Positions 1-9,321 of a stretch of DNA of 64,000 nucleotides are shown piece by piece. The position numbers and the translations under genes are program-made. Numbering within the stretch: position 1 is the stretch's first letter; each line of letters opens with the position of its first letter. A model generated the notes under the pieces. The model worked only from the letters and a program-made list of their open reading frames with translations. It had not been told where the DNA came from and ran no database searches. This DNA is from Patescibacteria group bacterium UBA3466 (GTDB taxonomy: Bacteria > Patescibacteriota > Minisyncoccia > Phycocordibacterales > UBA918): assembly GCA_002378195.1 (NCBI GenBank), contig DFRJ01000001.1:161722-225721 (forward strand), written 5' to 3'.

Positions 1-526
1 CACGGTCGGTGATCTTGGTGGTTTCGGTCAGATTCTTCATCGATTGATAGCGGCCGGTAATACCAGCACGCACTTGATTTTTAGCGAAGTGTCCGTTATC
101 CATTAGGTTTTGATACACCTCAAGATTGACCGGTCTTGGTCCTACTATACTCAGATCACCTTTTAGCACATTAAAAAATTGTGGCAGCTCGTCCATATAA
201 ATTTGCTTCAAGACCCAGCCAACCACTGTGACACCTCCATTTTTCTCAAAATATTTGGTGTGAATAAATTCACCACGGGCCTTTGCTTCCAGGATCATGC
301 GGTGTTTAAAAATATTAAATTTATATAAAGTAAAAGGAACCCCGTGCGACATCCGAGTTTCTTTATAGAAGAGAGGGTGGAATAAACCTCCGTCAAGAAT
401 CTGGACAATTTTAATCAAGAAGAGGGCAGTAGCACTAAAGGGTAGAGTAATTATTAGAATGAAAGAAGACAAAACGATGTCTAGCAGACGTTTGGCAAAG
501 ATGATTTTAGGTCTTGTTTGTTTCAT
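1..526 (-). CDS. Bacterial sugar transferase (WcaJ/CpsE C-terminal type), runs off the window start
   Basis: Hand translation of the minus strand from ATG at 526 gives MKQTRPKIIFAKRLLDIVLS...YKFN...MDELPQFFNVLKGDLSIVGPRP...RAGITG; absent from the ORF track because it is truncated. Confidence 0.88.
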   Translation of the reverse strand, partial: MKQTRPKIIFAKRLLDIVLSSFILIITLPFSATALFLIKIVQILDGGLFHPLFYKETRMSHGVPFTLYKFNIFKHRMILEAKARGEFIHTKYFEKNGGVTVVGWVLKQIYMDELPQFFNVLKGDLSIVGPRPVNLEVYQNLMDNGHFAKNQVRAGITGRYQSMKNLTETTKITDR

Positions 527-588
527 GTGATGTAGCGGGCATTATAACAAAGGTTTAGTCGTTGGCTATCTCGGAAAGGTGCTTGTAG

Positions 589-1128
589 TTAGTCATTCAT
601 TATTTCACCGATTTTCCTTACCGTGTTGATGTTGCGAGCGGTGAGTTTTTTATAAATGTCAGTTTTGATCACTTCATTCATTTTACTTTTTGAGTAGTCA
701 GCCTTCTTCACGCGCCATATTATTGCTCCCTCAAAGTATTGGGTCTTATCGACAGCCGGGTTCTTCTCGATTAGTTTTAAAGTTTCTTTCGATCTATATT
801 CATCCCACAGAAACCACACGTCAGTTTTGTACTCGCTGTCGTTCTTCCATGTGTGTGGTACGTGCTCAATTAAATTATCAATTTCTATCTGGCTACGCAA
901 AACTACCGGAATATTTAAATTAAAATCTCGAACAATAGTTGCTTCGATCTTTTGAATGACGTCCTTCTTACTCTTTGCTGTAGTGTCAAATATTACGTTT
1001 CCAGAATTGATGTAGGTAGTTACTTCTTTAAAACCAAGCTGCTCAAAAGAAGTTTTTAGCTCCCGCATGTCGATTTTATTATTGCCACCGACATTTATTC
1101 CTCTTAACAGCGCAACGTATGTAGCCAT
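589..1128 (-). CDS. DUF1697 family protein
   Basis: MATYVALLRGINVGG...TYINSGNVIF...TARNINTV; start moved to the internal Met at 1128. Confidence 0.88.
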   Translation of the reverse strand: MATYVALLRGINVGGNNKIDMRELKTSFEQLGFKEVTTYINSGNVIFDTTAKSKKDVIQKIEATIVRDFNLNIPVVLRSQIEIDNLIEHVPHTWKNDSEYKTDVWFLWDEYRSKETLKLIEKNPAVDKTQYFEGAIIWRVKKADYSKSKMNEVIKTDIYKKLTARNINTVRKIGEIMND

Positions 1129-1167
1129 ATTAAAAATTGTATCAGAAGGCGTTGGTATAATTATGTT

Positions 1168-1704
1168 ATGCAAAAACCATTTATAGTATTTATTGACGGA
1201 CCAATGGGTTCAGGTAAAACAACCACCACAAAGTTACTCAATTCTGAGCTTCCAGATACAGCAAGGATCGCTTTTCCTGACATTAAGAGACTGGTTCCAA
1301 ATTACAGAGAAAACGAAATAACAATTTCAGTTATAAAAGAAGTGATGGCGGTTATGATTGAAAAATATTTGGAACATGGAGTGAGCGTGGTTGTAGAACA
1401 GATTACGAAACAAGAGGGTATTCACTCACTCAAAGACATTGCAGACAAGCATGGCGCTAGATTTTTTGCATACAGAATGAGCGCGCCAAAGGATGTGCGA
1501 TGGGAACGAGTTAAGGAGAGAACAAGGTTAATGATGAAAGTAGAAACCTTGTCCGAATCTAAAGTTGAGGAACTCCGTGGATACTTTGAACCTAACAACA
1601 AATTCTATGAGGACAACCCCTCGGACGTAAGTGTGGAAATTGATTCACTTGAAAACAACCCTAAACAAGTTGTTGAAATGATTAAGGAGAATTTATATTT
1701 GTAA
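1168..1704 (+). CDS. P-loop kinase / AAA family protein
   Basis: Walker A GPMGSGKTT near the N-terminus, nucleotide-kinase-like size. Confidence 0.8.
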   Translation: MQKPFIVFIDGPMGSGKTTTTKLLNSELPDTARIAFPDIKRLVPNYRENEITISVIKEVMAVMIEKYLEHGVSVVVEQITKQEGIHSLKDIADKHGARFFAYRMSAPKDVRWERVKERTRLMMKVETLSESKVEELRGYFEPNNKFYEDNPSDVSVEIDSLENNPKQVVEMIKENLYL

Positions 1705-1719
1705 AAATACTATATACTT

Positions 1720-2712
1720 TTGGATATGGAACCCCAACAAACAATTGAAACTCAAGAAATTGAGAAAGAATCAAATCTAAATAAAGTCACGCCACTATCA
1801 AAATATTTAGCCCTGCTACTTTTTGTTCTTTTACCGTTTATCGGAGGCTATATCGGTTATATGTATGCTCCGGTTAAGGTGGTTGAGGTTGAAAGGGGGG
1901 TCATTAGAGAGGAGGTAAGTGAGGAATTGATTGGTGTGTCCGACAATTCAAGTGCTAATACTCAGGTAGGAATTGAGGAACCTGATTCTGTTTTTGTCAT
2001 AGATGATTTAAATTCTGAAATAGAAGCTGAATTGATTCAAAATACCCTACGGTGGAGAGAGTGGAACCCCAAGTCTGATCGATGGAATGACTGGCACTCT
2101 TTTGTGGTCTCTAATCCAGATGAGCTTAAATATCTTGGTCTAGGTTTATTTACTGACAAGATTGAAATCTATCGACTGGATACAGTTGAAGCAATCTTTA
2201 TCCCTGACTCTATTCAGCTTGATCCAGCACTTGCTATCACGGTTTTCACAGAACAAGGAGAGGCGTTTATTGAGAATGGAGAGAGACTGTTTGTAAGTGT
2301 TCCAGTTATCATGACCGGCTCTAGTTTGGCTGAGCTACCAGGCTTTAGGAGAGCCGATTTGTTAGTACTTGGCTACGGATACATTACTGACGGCACCAAG
2401 TTGTATTCACTCGATGGTATTAATCAAAATGATCAGATACCGGCACTAGAGGGTGTTGATCCAGATAATTTCGATTTTTATTTAGTAAACAATTCTGACC
2501 ATCCCTCTAATGTATTTATTGTTAGTAAAAATAGAGTTTACTACCGAGATCTTTTGCTGGATGGTATTGATTTTGAAAACGCAGAGTTTCTGAATGGAAA
2601 TACGATAGTTAAGGATACAGACACAGTATGGTTTGCTAGTGGCGATTGTCATTATAAAACCTATAGGACAGGTTCGCTTGAAGAGATTGAGGGATACATT
2701 CCACCTTGCTAA
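1720..2712 (+). CDS. Membrane-anchored hypothetical protein, DKNYY-like repeats possible
   Basis: N-terminal TM helix (VTPLSKYLALLLFVLLPFIGGYIG); GYITDGTKLY, GVDPDNF and KDTDTVWF motifs. Confidence 0.55.
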   Translation: MDMEPQQTIETQEIEKESNLNKVTPLSKYLALLLFVLLPFIGGYIGYMYAPVKVVEVERGVIREEVSEELIGVSDNSSANTQVGIEEPDSVFVIDDLNSEIEAELIQNTLRWREWNPKSDRWNDWHSFVVSNPDELKYLGLGLFTDKIEIYRLDTVEAIFIPDSIQLDPALAITVFTEQGEAFIENGERLFVSVPVIMTGSSLAELPGFRRADLLVLGYGYITDGTKLYSLDGINQNDQIPALEGVDPDNFDFYLVNNSDHPSNVFIVSKNRVYYRDLLLDGIDFENAEFLNGNTIVKDTDTVWFASGDCHYKTYRTGSLEEIEGYIPPC

Positions 2713-2719
2713 AAAATCA

Positions 2720-2925
2720 GTGTGCGCGATGAGAGATTTGGTCACCTTCACATCAATATTTTGTTCGACATAAAGTCTCCAAAATATTGTGTTACGCGAC
2801 CCCGGCGCTCGAATCGTCCTCGCTCCGCTCCGGGCGATATACTCGCTTTCTTCAAGTCCCTCACCACTCTGCATAATTTGAGACACAAGAAAAGCCGGAC
2901 CGATGTCCGACTGTTCTTGTGCTAG
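2720..2925 (-). mobile_element. tRNA-Val 3'-associated structured element ending in a copy of the tRNA 3' end
   Basis: gtgcgcgatgagaga at 2722-2736 is identical to 2925-2939; scaffold motifs are shared with the elements behind tRNA-Leu, tRNA-His and rplL. Confidence 0.6.
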
Positions 2926-2998
2926 TGCGCGATGAGAGACTTGAACTCCCGACCTTTTCGGTGTAAACGAACTGCTCTACCAACTGAGCTAATCGCGC
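2926..2998 (-). tRNA. tRNA-Val(TAC)
   Basis: GCGCGATTAGCTCAGTTGGTAGAGC...TTTACAC...GGGAGTTCAAGTCTCTCATCGCGCA cloverleaf; CCA not encoded. Confidence 0.95.
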
Positions 2999-3220
2999 TT
3001 ATAAATAGTATGTTTTGGCTTCCAACACAAATATAGCTTAAGATGTCAGTTCGTTTACAGGTGTAAACGGTTCGAAAGTCTCCCAGACTTTCTCACTTCC
3101 ACCAACTTCGTCGCGCTTAAATATTTGGTTGTAGGGGATATCCTACCGAATTTTTCAAAAAAAACAATAGGCTACTTTTAAAATAGTTAGAGCTCGCAAC
3201 TTGTGCGAGCTCGTACCCCT

Positions 3221-3367
3221 TCACCGTTTTGCCATCTGAATCTGAAATGGCAGATTAAAATAACGGGGTGGTTGAAATTTGGGTAGGTGACGTTTCCGAT
3301 TTTTGTTCGGAGACGGCCGACTTTCTGGTTCACCACCACGGTTATAGGTCCGGTGCTTATTTGCCAA
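3221..3367 (-). CDS. Possible 48-aa basic small protein
   Basis: TTG start with AAGGAG upstream, MANKHRTYNRGG...QMAKR*, followed by a hairpin at about 3190-3212; below the ORF-track size cutoff. Confidence 0.3.
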   Translation of the reverse strand: MANKHRTYNRGGEPESRPSPNKNRKRHLPKFQPPRYFNLPFQIQMAKR

Positions 3368-3443
3368 ATGAACTTCTCCTTGTTAGTGTGCCTATTTACT
3401 TTATAGACCGGTGTAGGGTCTGACGCAAGTTAACAGGTGTGAA

Positions 3444-3803
3444 TCATACCGCCTCAATAATCCCCGCCACACCGGTTTCAGTATTAGTTTCTGCCGGTAT
3501 GGCCGGAGAGGTGGCATGAAGTTTGAAGAGTCGACCTGGTTTGTCAACGCATAGCGTCAACGTATCTTTGCAGTCAGTGAAGACAAATTCTCCATTTCGC
3601 ACAAAGCCGAGTGAGATCTCAGCTGTGGTGTGGAAACTGATAGGTGAGCTGCAGCCCGTGAGATTGTCGATACTTCGAATTAGATATTCGACCCGACCAT
3701 CCCCAGCTTTTTTGACGGTAACGCCAACATGGCAGGTGACATTATGCAGGCAAATTTTCTTACCAGGGGAGGCAGTGATGTTGATCGGTTCACTAACGTA
3801 CAT
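3444..3803 (-). CDS. Hypothetical protein (orphan)
   Basis: 119-aa ORF with upstream AAAGGAAG and a TTGACA promoter at about 3879-3884. Confidence 0.55.
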   Translation of the reverse strand: MYVSEPINITASPGKKICLHNVTCHVGVTVKKAGDGRVEYLIRSIDNLTGCSSPISFHTTAEISLGFVRNGEFVFTDCKDTLTLCVDKPGRLFKLHATSPAIPAETNTETGVAGIIEAV

Positions 3804-3925
3804 ATATTACTTCCTTTTGTTGACCAGAGGGTTGTTGTAGAACTACTTCACCAGCAACAATATAATAATATTTATATATGTCAAATATGTTGGTTTAGTG
3901 TTGGGCACAAGGTATACTGTCACGC

Positions 3926-4198
3926 ATGATCGAAATGCTAGCAGTCGTGACTGGTAAAGTGCAGAAAGTAGCCTACCGAGCTTATACCCAAGAATCGGCG
4001 ACCGAGTTAGGGATAGTAGGTAGTGTGCAAAATATGTCCAATGGCACAGTACAAGTAGTGGCTCAGGCTGAGCCTGATGTCTTGAAAGAGTTTGTGGAAT
4101 ACTTAAATGAAGGGTCACTAATGTCAGAAGTGGAAGGGGTGTCGGTCGAATGGCGCAGTGTATCCAAAACTTACGACGAATTTTCTTTGTTGCATTAA
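3926..4198 (+). CDS. acyP: Acylphosphatase
   Basis: VTGKVQKVAYR...GSVQN..GTVQVVAQ signature. Confidence 0.9.
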   Translation: MIEMLAVVTGKVQKVAYRAYTQESATELGIVGSVQNMSNGTVQVVAQAEPDVLKEFVEYLNEGSLMSEVEGVSVEWRSVSKTYDEFSLLH

Positions 4199-4201
4199 AA
4201 T

Positions 4202-4882
4202 ATGAACAAAACTTCAATCCAGTGCCTTGGCTTTATTATGGACGGCAATCGCCGTTGGGCGAAAGAAAAAAACCTGCCTACTTTAGAGGGTCATCGTAAG
4301 GGGCACGAGGTGTTCCTTGACTGCGTTCGCTTTGTTAGAGATCAGCATATCCCGCACGCAGTTTTTTATGCCTTTTCTACTGAGAATTGGAATCGTTCAG
4401 AAGAAGAGGTGGCGTATCTCATGCAGTTGTTCGCTCAAGTCATTGAAAATATCAAGAAAGGAGTAGATGAAGAGAGGGTGCGAGTGCGGATAGTTGGTAA
4501 TCGGTCTGACTTTTCAGAAGAACTGCAAACCGCTATGACAGAGTTGGAAGAAGATAGTGCCAAATATACAGAGACTACCATCTGGTTGGCGCTATCATAT
4601 GGAGGCCGAGCCGAAATAATCACGGCCGTTAATCAGGCGGTCGAAAACGGCACTAAAGTGACAGAAACAGATTTTCAAAAATTATTATGGACAGCTGATA
4701 TGCCTGATCCCGACATGATCGTGCGTACCAGCGGCGAACAGAGACTGTCTAATTTTTTGCCCTGGAATTCAGTTTATAGTGAATTCTTGTTTTTAGACAA
4801 ACACTGGCCCGCTTTGACCAAAAGTGATTTCGACGGCATACTCAATGAATATGAATCCAGAGACAGGCGAAAAGGTAAGTAA
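4202..4882 (+). CDS. uppS: Undecaprenyl diphosphate synthase
   Basis: IMDGNRRWA, YAFSTENWNRS, RTSGEQRLSNFL. Confidence 0.97.
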   Translation: MNKTSIQCLGFIMDGNRRWAKEKNLPTLEGHRKGHEVFLDCVRFVRDQHIPHAVFYAFSTENWNRSEEEVAYLMQLFAQVIENIKKGVDEERVRVRIVGNRSDFSEELQTAMTELEEDSAKYTETTIWLALSYGGRAEIITAVNQAVENGTKVTETDFQKLLWTADMPDPDMIVRTSGEQRLSNFLPWNSVYSEFLFLDKHWPALTKSDFDGILNEYESRDRRKGK

Positions 4883-5621
4883 TGAACCAGCAGTATTGTT
4901 TGAGAACGATGATGTTGTTTTCATCAACAAGCCATACGGCTGGTTAACTCATGCGGATGGACATAATCAAACTGCACCGGTAGTGGTGGATTGGTTGTGC
5001 GCCAAGTACCCTGAAGCTAAGGGGGTTGGAGAGCCTGGCTACGCCAAAGATGGCTCGGAACTCGATCGATCGGGTATTGTGCACCGGCTTGATCGAGAAA
5101 CGTCTGGAGTGTTGGTGTTGGCAAAGAATCAACCTGCATACGAATTTCTCAAGGAACAATTTAAGGAACGGTTGGTACGCAAAGAGTACCGAGCGTTTGT
5201 GTATGGCCGGATGAATGATCGGTGGGGCACTATCAACCGACCAATCGGCCGTAGTGCCAAAGACTCTCGTCGTCGATCAGCTGAGCGGGGAGCCAAGGGT
5301 GTGCGTCGGGAGGCGATTACCGACTTTGAGCGAGTCGGGATGGGTGAGTATGATGGCGAACCTTTTTCTTATGTTAGATTGATCCCTAAAACTGGCCGCA
5401 CTCACCAGCTTCGAGTGCATTTACGCGCCATCGATCGTCCAATTGTTGGTGATGGTCTATATGCTGAGCATAAAATCCAAAAATCCAATAACTTATCGCT
5501 TGATAGGCTGGCTCTTCATGCCTATATTCTTGAATTGGCCCTCCCGAGTGGTGAAACCCACCGCGCTATGGCACCAGTTCCCCAAGAGTTTGAAATAGCG
5601 GCCGAGCGCATTGCAGAGTAA
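4824..5621 (+). CDS. RluA/RluD family pseudouridine synthase (exact start uncertain)
   Basis: INKPYG, GIVHRLDRETSG, TGRTHQLRVH, LALHAY. Confidence 0.95.
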   Translation: MISTAYSMNMNPETGEKVSNEPAVLFENDDVVFINKPYGWLTHADGHNQTAPVVVDWLCAKYPEAKGVGEPGYAKDGSELDRSGIVHRLDRETSGVLVLAKNQPAYEFLKEQFKERLVRKEYRAFVYGRMNDRWGTINRPIGRSAKDSRRRSAERGAKGVRREAITDFERVGMGEYDGEPFSYVRLIPKTGRTHQLRVHLRAIDRPIVGDGLYAEHKIQKSNNLSLDRLALHAYILELALPSGETHRAMAPVPQEFEIAAERIAE

Positions 5622-5718
5622 CTAGTATTGTGGTAGATTGTGGCACGTTTTAAGGACCTTTTTATAAGGTCTTCTTTATTAAGAAACGACGCATTCAGAT
5701 TTATTAATTGTATTTATT

Positions 5719-6369
5719 ATGAAAGTAGCAATGGAGGGGGTTGAAGTATCTCCCGTAAACATGGAAGAACGTAAGTCACTTGGTATCCGAGCTGGAGACA
5801 CAGTGCGAGTTCACCAAAAAATTCAAGATAAAGGTAAGACCAGAATTCAGATTTTTGAAGGTTTGGTTCTTGCTCGTAAGCATGGTAATGAACCAGGAGC
5901 GACCTTCACTGTACGAAAGGTGGCTAGTGGAGTAGGGGTGGAAAAGATTTTCCCACTGTATTCACCACTTATCGATAAGCTAGAAATCGTTAAGCGCGCT
6001 AAAGTGCGACAATCTAAGTTGTACTACATTCGTGAGAAGGTTAATCGAGAGATTAAGCGACAAATGCGTCGAATGCACCTAGTTGCTCTCGCAACCGAAT
6101 CTGAAGCTGAGGCAGAAGTTCGAAAGGCTGAGGAAGCTAAGAAAGCTGAAGAAGAAGCCGCTCGCGTAGCTGAAGAGGAAGCCAAGAAGGCAGAGGAGGC
6201 TGCAGCCAAAGAGGCGGAAGCAGCTCCAGCAGAAGCACCGGCTGAAGAGTCTGCTGATGAAAATACTGAAGAAGCTGCCGAAGAGGCGGCGCCAGTGGTA
6301 GAAGAAGCAGCTGAAGAAACTCCAGTAGAAGACAAGAAGGAAGAGACTGAAGAAGAAAAAAAGGATTAG
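5719..6369 (+). CDS. rplS: 50S ribosomal protein L19 with a long Glu/Ala-rich C-terminal extension
   Basis: GDTVRVH...FEGLVLAR...TFTVRK...GVGVEKIFP...KLYYIR. Confidence 0.97.
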   Translation: MKVAMEGVEVSPVNMEERKSLGIRAGDTVRVHQKIQDKGKTRIQIFEGLVLARKHGNEPGATFTVRKVASGVGVEKIFPLYSPLIDKLEIVKRAKVRQSKLYYIREKVNREIKRQMRRMHLVALATESEAEAEVRKAEEAKKAEEEAARVAEEEAKKAEEAAAKEAEAAPAEAPAEESADENTEEAAEEAAPVVEEAAEETPVEDKKEETEEEKKD

Positions 6370-6371
6370 GT

Positions 6372-6414
6372 TAAATAAAAAGCCGGCGCCCTACGGGCGC
6401 CGGCTTTTTATTTA
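6372..6414. terminator. GCCGGCGCCC-type palindromic terminator (repeat family)
   Basis: taaataaaaagccggcgccc-tac-gggcgccggctttttattta directly after rplS. Confidence 0.85.
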
Positions 6415-6463
6415 CTTGAACAATATAAGTGCTTCAGGCATAATGGCTCGCACCAATCGATAT

Positions 6464-6548
6464 GTCTACGTGGCGGAATTGGTAGACGCGCTACCTTGAG
6501 GGGGTAGTGAGCATTATGCTCGTGCTGGTTCAACTCCAGTCGTAGACA
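6464..6548 (+). tRNA. tRNA-Leu(GAG)
   Basis: GTCTACGTGGCGGAATTGGTAGACGCG, anticodon loop TTGAGGG, long variable arm, GGTTCAACTCC, CGTAGACA. Confidence 0.95.
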
Positions 6549-6750
6549 CAAATTAAGACGCCTTCGGGCGTTTTTAATTTGTGTCTACGAAGAAAGCAAA
6601 CTGCTTTGCTTTCGTCTGGAGTTAAAAGACGGAACGATGTGAGTGTGCGAACAAGTGAGTCGGGGTCGAAAGCACTTGGTAGATTTGTTGCGAAGCAATA
6701 AATATACTTAGTGACTTGTGGCCAACGTAGGGAGTAGACATACAAATTAA
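6549..6750 (+). mobile_element. tRNA-Leu 3'-associated structured element
   Basis: Inverted copy of the tRNA end (tgtctacga), AGCAAACTGCTTTGCT, CGAACAAGTGAG, CGGGGTCG, terminal direct copy gtagaca(ta)caaattaa. Confidence 0.6.
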
Positions 6751-6795
6751 ACGAGGCGATATCTCCGATATCGCCTCGTTTGCTATACTACCGAC

Positions 6796-7251
6796 ATGAA
6801 AGCAATCAAAGATACTTCATATGGGGTGATTCCGGTCAGACGAGCGGGAGATTCATTCGAAGTGTTTCTCATCCATCAATATAGTCGCATTGGAAATAAT
6901 ACTTACTGGGTTTTTCCCAAAGGACACCCTGAAGCCGGGGAAACTCCAGAAGAAACGGCTAGACGTGAACTCAAAGAAGAAACTGACATGTTGGCTGATA
7001 AATTAATAAGGGATCCAGTTTTTAAGCTGCAATATAGCTTTCACTACGACGGTAATCTAATTGATAAGACTGTAGTATTCTTCCTTGGCCTGGTTTCCCA
7101 AATTGAATACCAGCTAGACCCAGAAGAAGTGAAAGAAGCGGGCTGGTACTCCCTCGCAGATGCTAAAAAACGACTAGACTACAGTGATACAAAACAGATG
7201 TTCTCCGAAGTAACAAATTTTCTGGCAAGCCAATCCGCACTTGAAATATAA
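6796..7251 (+). CDS. NUDIX hydrolase (Ap4A hydrolase-like)
   Basis: FPKGHPEAGETPEETARRELKEET Nudix box. Confidence 0.92.
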   Translation: MKAIKDTSYGVIPVRRAGDSFEVFLIHQYSRIGNNTYWVFPKGHPEAGETPEETARRELKEETDMLADKLIRDPVFKLQYSFHYDGNLIDKTVVFFLGLVSQIEYQLDPEEVKEAGWYSLADAKKRLDYSDTKQMFSEVTNFLASQSALEI

Positions 7252-7326
7252 GTAATAGCTTGTATAGTTTGTTTTGAATTAGGTTACTTTGGTCTTTCCG
7301 TTTTTAAACCAATAAGGAGACGCATA

Positions 7327-7872
7327 ATGCGCCTACTAATTATTGTGGTACTGCTGTCAATCGCTTTTTCCGCTAGCGCTCAAGAAGGACTAGATCAACG
7401 TTTTCGAGATCCGGAAAGTGTTTTGTTACCGGGTTGTGAAAAAGTCAGAGACTTGCGTCATGCGTTTCGGAACATGGATCGTGCTCAGGCTTTTCAAGAA
7501 GACTACGATTACAAATTCCTTGACGGCATCACTGGTTGCGACCGGGTGCGCATCCGTTCTCGTAGCACCTATCACCTGCATAGTTTTTTTGCTGGGGAAT
7601 TTGGACTGTTCTCAGTCTATGAGGTCCGGGGAGGGCGTGGCCACCGCGATAATGAAGTTGTCGGGTATGTGGTGGTTAGTGAATATGATAAACGGTCATG
7701 GGAGATCGCTGATAAGCGCTACTGTAGCATGTCTTCGTCGGTGGGTAACTGTTTGTTGCCTCGAGACTGCATGGTTTTCTCCGGTCGGATTCCGGCTGGC
7801 ACTTTTCACAAACTGCCAGTTGATGAGGTGGCAATTCCGCCATATTGCTTTGGTGTGGGCAGAAGTCATTAA
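7327..7872 (+). CDS. Secreted Cys-containing hypothetical protein (orphan)
   Basis: Signal peptide ending ASA-Q, six Cys, SD TAAGGAG, downstream hairpin agacgctggtgc/gcaccagcgtct. Confidence 0.7.
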   Translation: MRLLIIVVLLSIAFSASAQEGLDQRFRDPESVLLPGCEKVRDLRHAFRNMDRAQAFQEDYDYKFLDGITGCDRVRIRSRSTYHLHSFFAGEFGLFSVYEVRGGRGHRDNEVVGYVVVSEYDKRSWEIADKRYCSMSSSVGNCLLPRDCMVFSGRIPAGTFHKLPVDEVAIPPYCFGVGRSH

Positions 7873-7923
7873 CATTAAGGTAAAACCAAGACGCTGGTGC
7901 GATAGCACCAGCGTCTTTTACTT

Positions 7924-9312
7924 TTACACTTTGTTTAATTCTGATTCGGCTTTTCGTACAGCGTTTCTAACAATTTCTGGCAGGGCGGGGTGGATGTAGA
8001 TCATTTTTAGTAGGTCTGCGCAGGTGGCTTCCATGGTCATGGCCAGTATTAATTGGTGCACCATAGTAGCGGCTTCTTCACCAATAATATGCGCTCCCAG
8101 TAGTTTCTTACTCTCTTTATCGAACATTAGCTTGACGAGCCCTGTTTCTGGTAAGCGAGCCATACCCTGAGCACTGTGTTTGTATTCATGAGTCACCACC
8201 AGGTAATTAGCGCCGGTTTGGCGAAGTTGATCTTCGGTGGCACCAACGCCAGCAATCTCTGGGTAAGTGAAGACCGCGTGAGGCATTGGTGGGTAAGAAA
8301 TTTCTGCCTTCTCGGCATACTTGAATAGCTGCTCAAATAAATACTCACCTTCAAAGTTGACACTGTGTCGGAATAGAAAATTACCTACACAGTCGCCAAT
8401 AGCGTACACGCCAGACGCATTAGTTTCTAGATGACCGTTCACCTTTATGTAACCTCGTTCATCAGTTTGGATATTCGTATTCTCGATACCCAATTCATCT
8501 GTGTTTGGTGTCACTCCCGTGGCCAGGAATAGGGCATCTCCTGACACCCGTACTTCATTACCGGCGGGGTCTAGGCCAGTCAGGGTGAATTCGTCTGATT
8601 CATAAGAGACTGTCAGGTTTTGGGTGCCGTAAATTGTCTGGTGTTTTTTCTCAAAAATTTTCTGAAACTCTTCTCTGATAGTCTCGTCTTCATGGCTAAG
8701 GTAACAGTCCCGCACAAAGAATATTGTTTCAGTCCCGAGGGCGCTATAGACATGACCAAGCTCACTGGCGATGTAGCCGCCACCTATTACAAGTAATTTT
8801 TTCGGTTGCCGGTCTGGTTTGAGTACTTCGCGACTAGTCATATAAGGAGTACCGGCCAGTCCAGGAATTGGTGGCACATTCGGCCTTGAGCCGGTCGCAA
8901 TAACAATCAGCGGTGCAGTTATAGTTTCATCGCCAACTTTAATCACTTTATCTTCTACAAACAAAGCAGACCCTCGGTAATAGTCTAGGGTATCTATGGT
9001 GTCGTAGGTGGTAGCAATTGAAGCGCTTTCAGCCTCCACGGTTTTGTTTACACGGTCGAACAGTCTTTCAAAGTCAACCTTGCAGTCACCGTCTATTTCG
9101 ATGCTGTATTTATGCAGCTCCTTAGCGTGATTCAGAACATTGGCCGGGTGGATTAGCATTTTTGAGGGGATGCAACCTCGATTGAGACAAGTGCCACCTA
9201 AGTCTTCTTTCTCAATGATCGCTACTCGCTTGCCGAGCTTAGCTGCGGGGGTAGATAGTTTGGTGCCGCCACCAGCTCCTATGACAATTAGGTCGTATTC
9301 TTTCATGCTCAT
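7924..9312 (-). CDS. Dihydrolipoamide dehydrogenase / mycothione reductase-like flavoprotein disulfide reductase
   Basis: GAGGG, GGTCLNRGCIPSK, GGGYIASE, C-terminal HPALPE. Confidence 0.9.
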   Translation of the reverse strand: MSMKEYDLIVIGAGGGTKLSTPAAKLGKRVAIIEKEDLGGTCLNRGCIPSKMLIHPANVLNHAKELHKYSIEIDGDCKVDFERLFDRVNKTVEAESASIATTYDTIDTLDYYRGSALFVEDKVIKVGDETITAPLIVIATGSRPNVPPIPGLAGTPYMTSREVLKPDRQPKKLLVIGGGYIASELGHVYSALGTETIFFVRDCYLSHEDETIREEFQKIFEKKHQTIYGTQNLTVSYESDEFTLTGLDPAGNEVRVSGDALFLATGVTPNTDELGIENTNIQTDERGYIKVNGHLETNASGVYAIGDCVGNFLFRHSVNFEGEYLFEQLFKYAEKAEISYPPMPHAVFTYPEIAGVGATEDQLRQTGANYLVVTHEYKHSAQGMARLPETGLVKLMFDKESKKLLGAHIIGEEAATMVHQLILAMTMEATCADLLKMIYIHPALPEIVRNAVRKAESELNKV

Positions 9313-9321
9313 TATTTTAAG

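Noticed and set aside
2482-2925. ORFs 2482-2886 and 2722-2925, also 6530-6745 and 16044-16325
   Set aside because: They overlap tRNAs or the structured tRNA-linked elements and show no protein-like features
2720-2998. Prophage or integrative island attL/attR at the tRNAs
   Set aside because: The duplicated tRNA ends are only about 200 bp apart and no integrase is present; treated as mini-elements
7418-7999. 193-aa alternative-frame ORF
   Set aside because: It overlaps the ORF at 7327, which has an SD and a signal peptide, and runs through a terminator into the convergent gene
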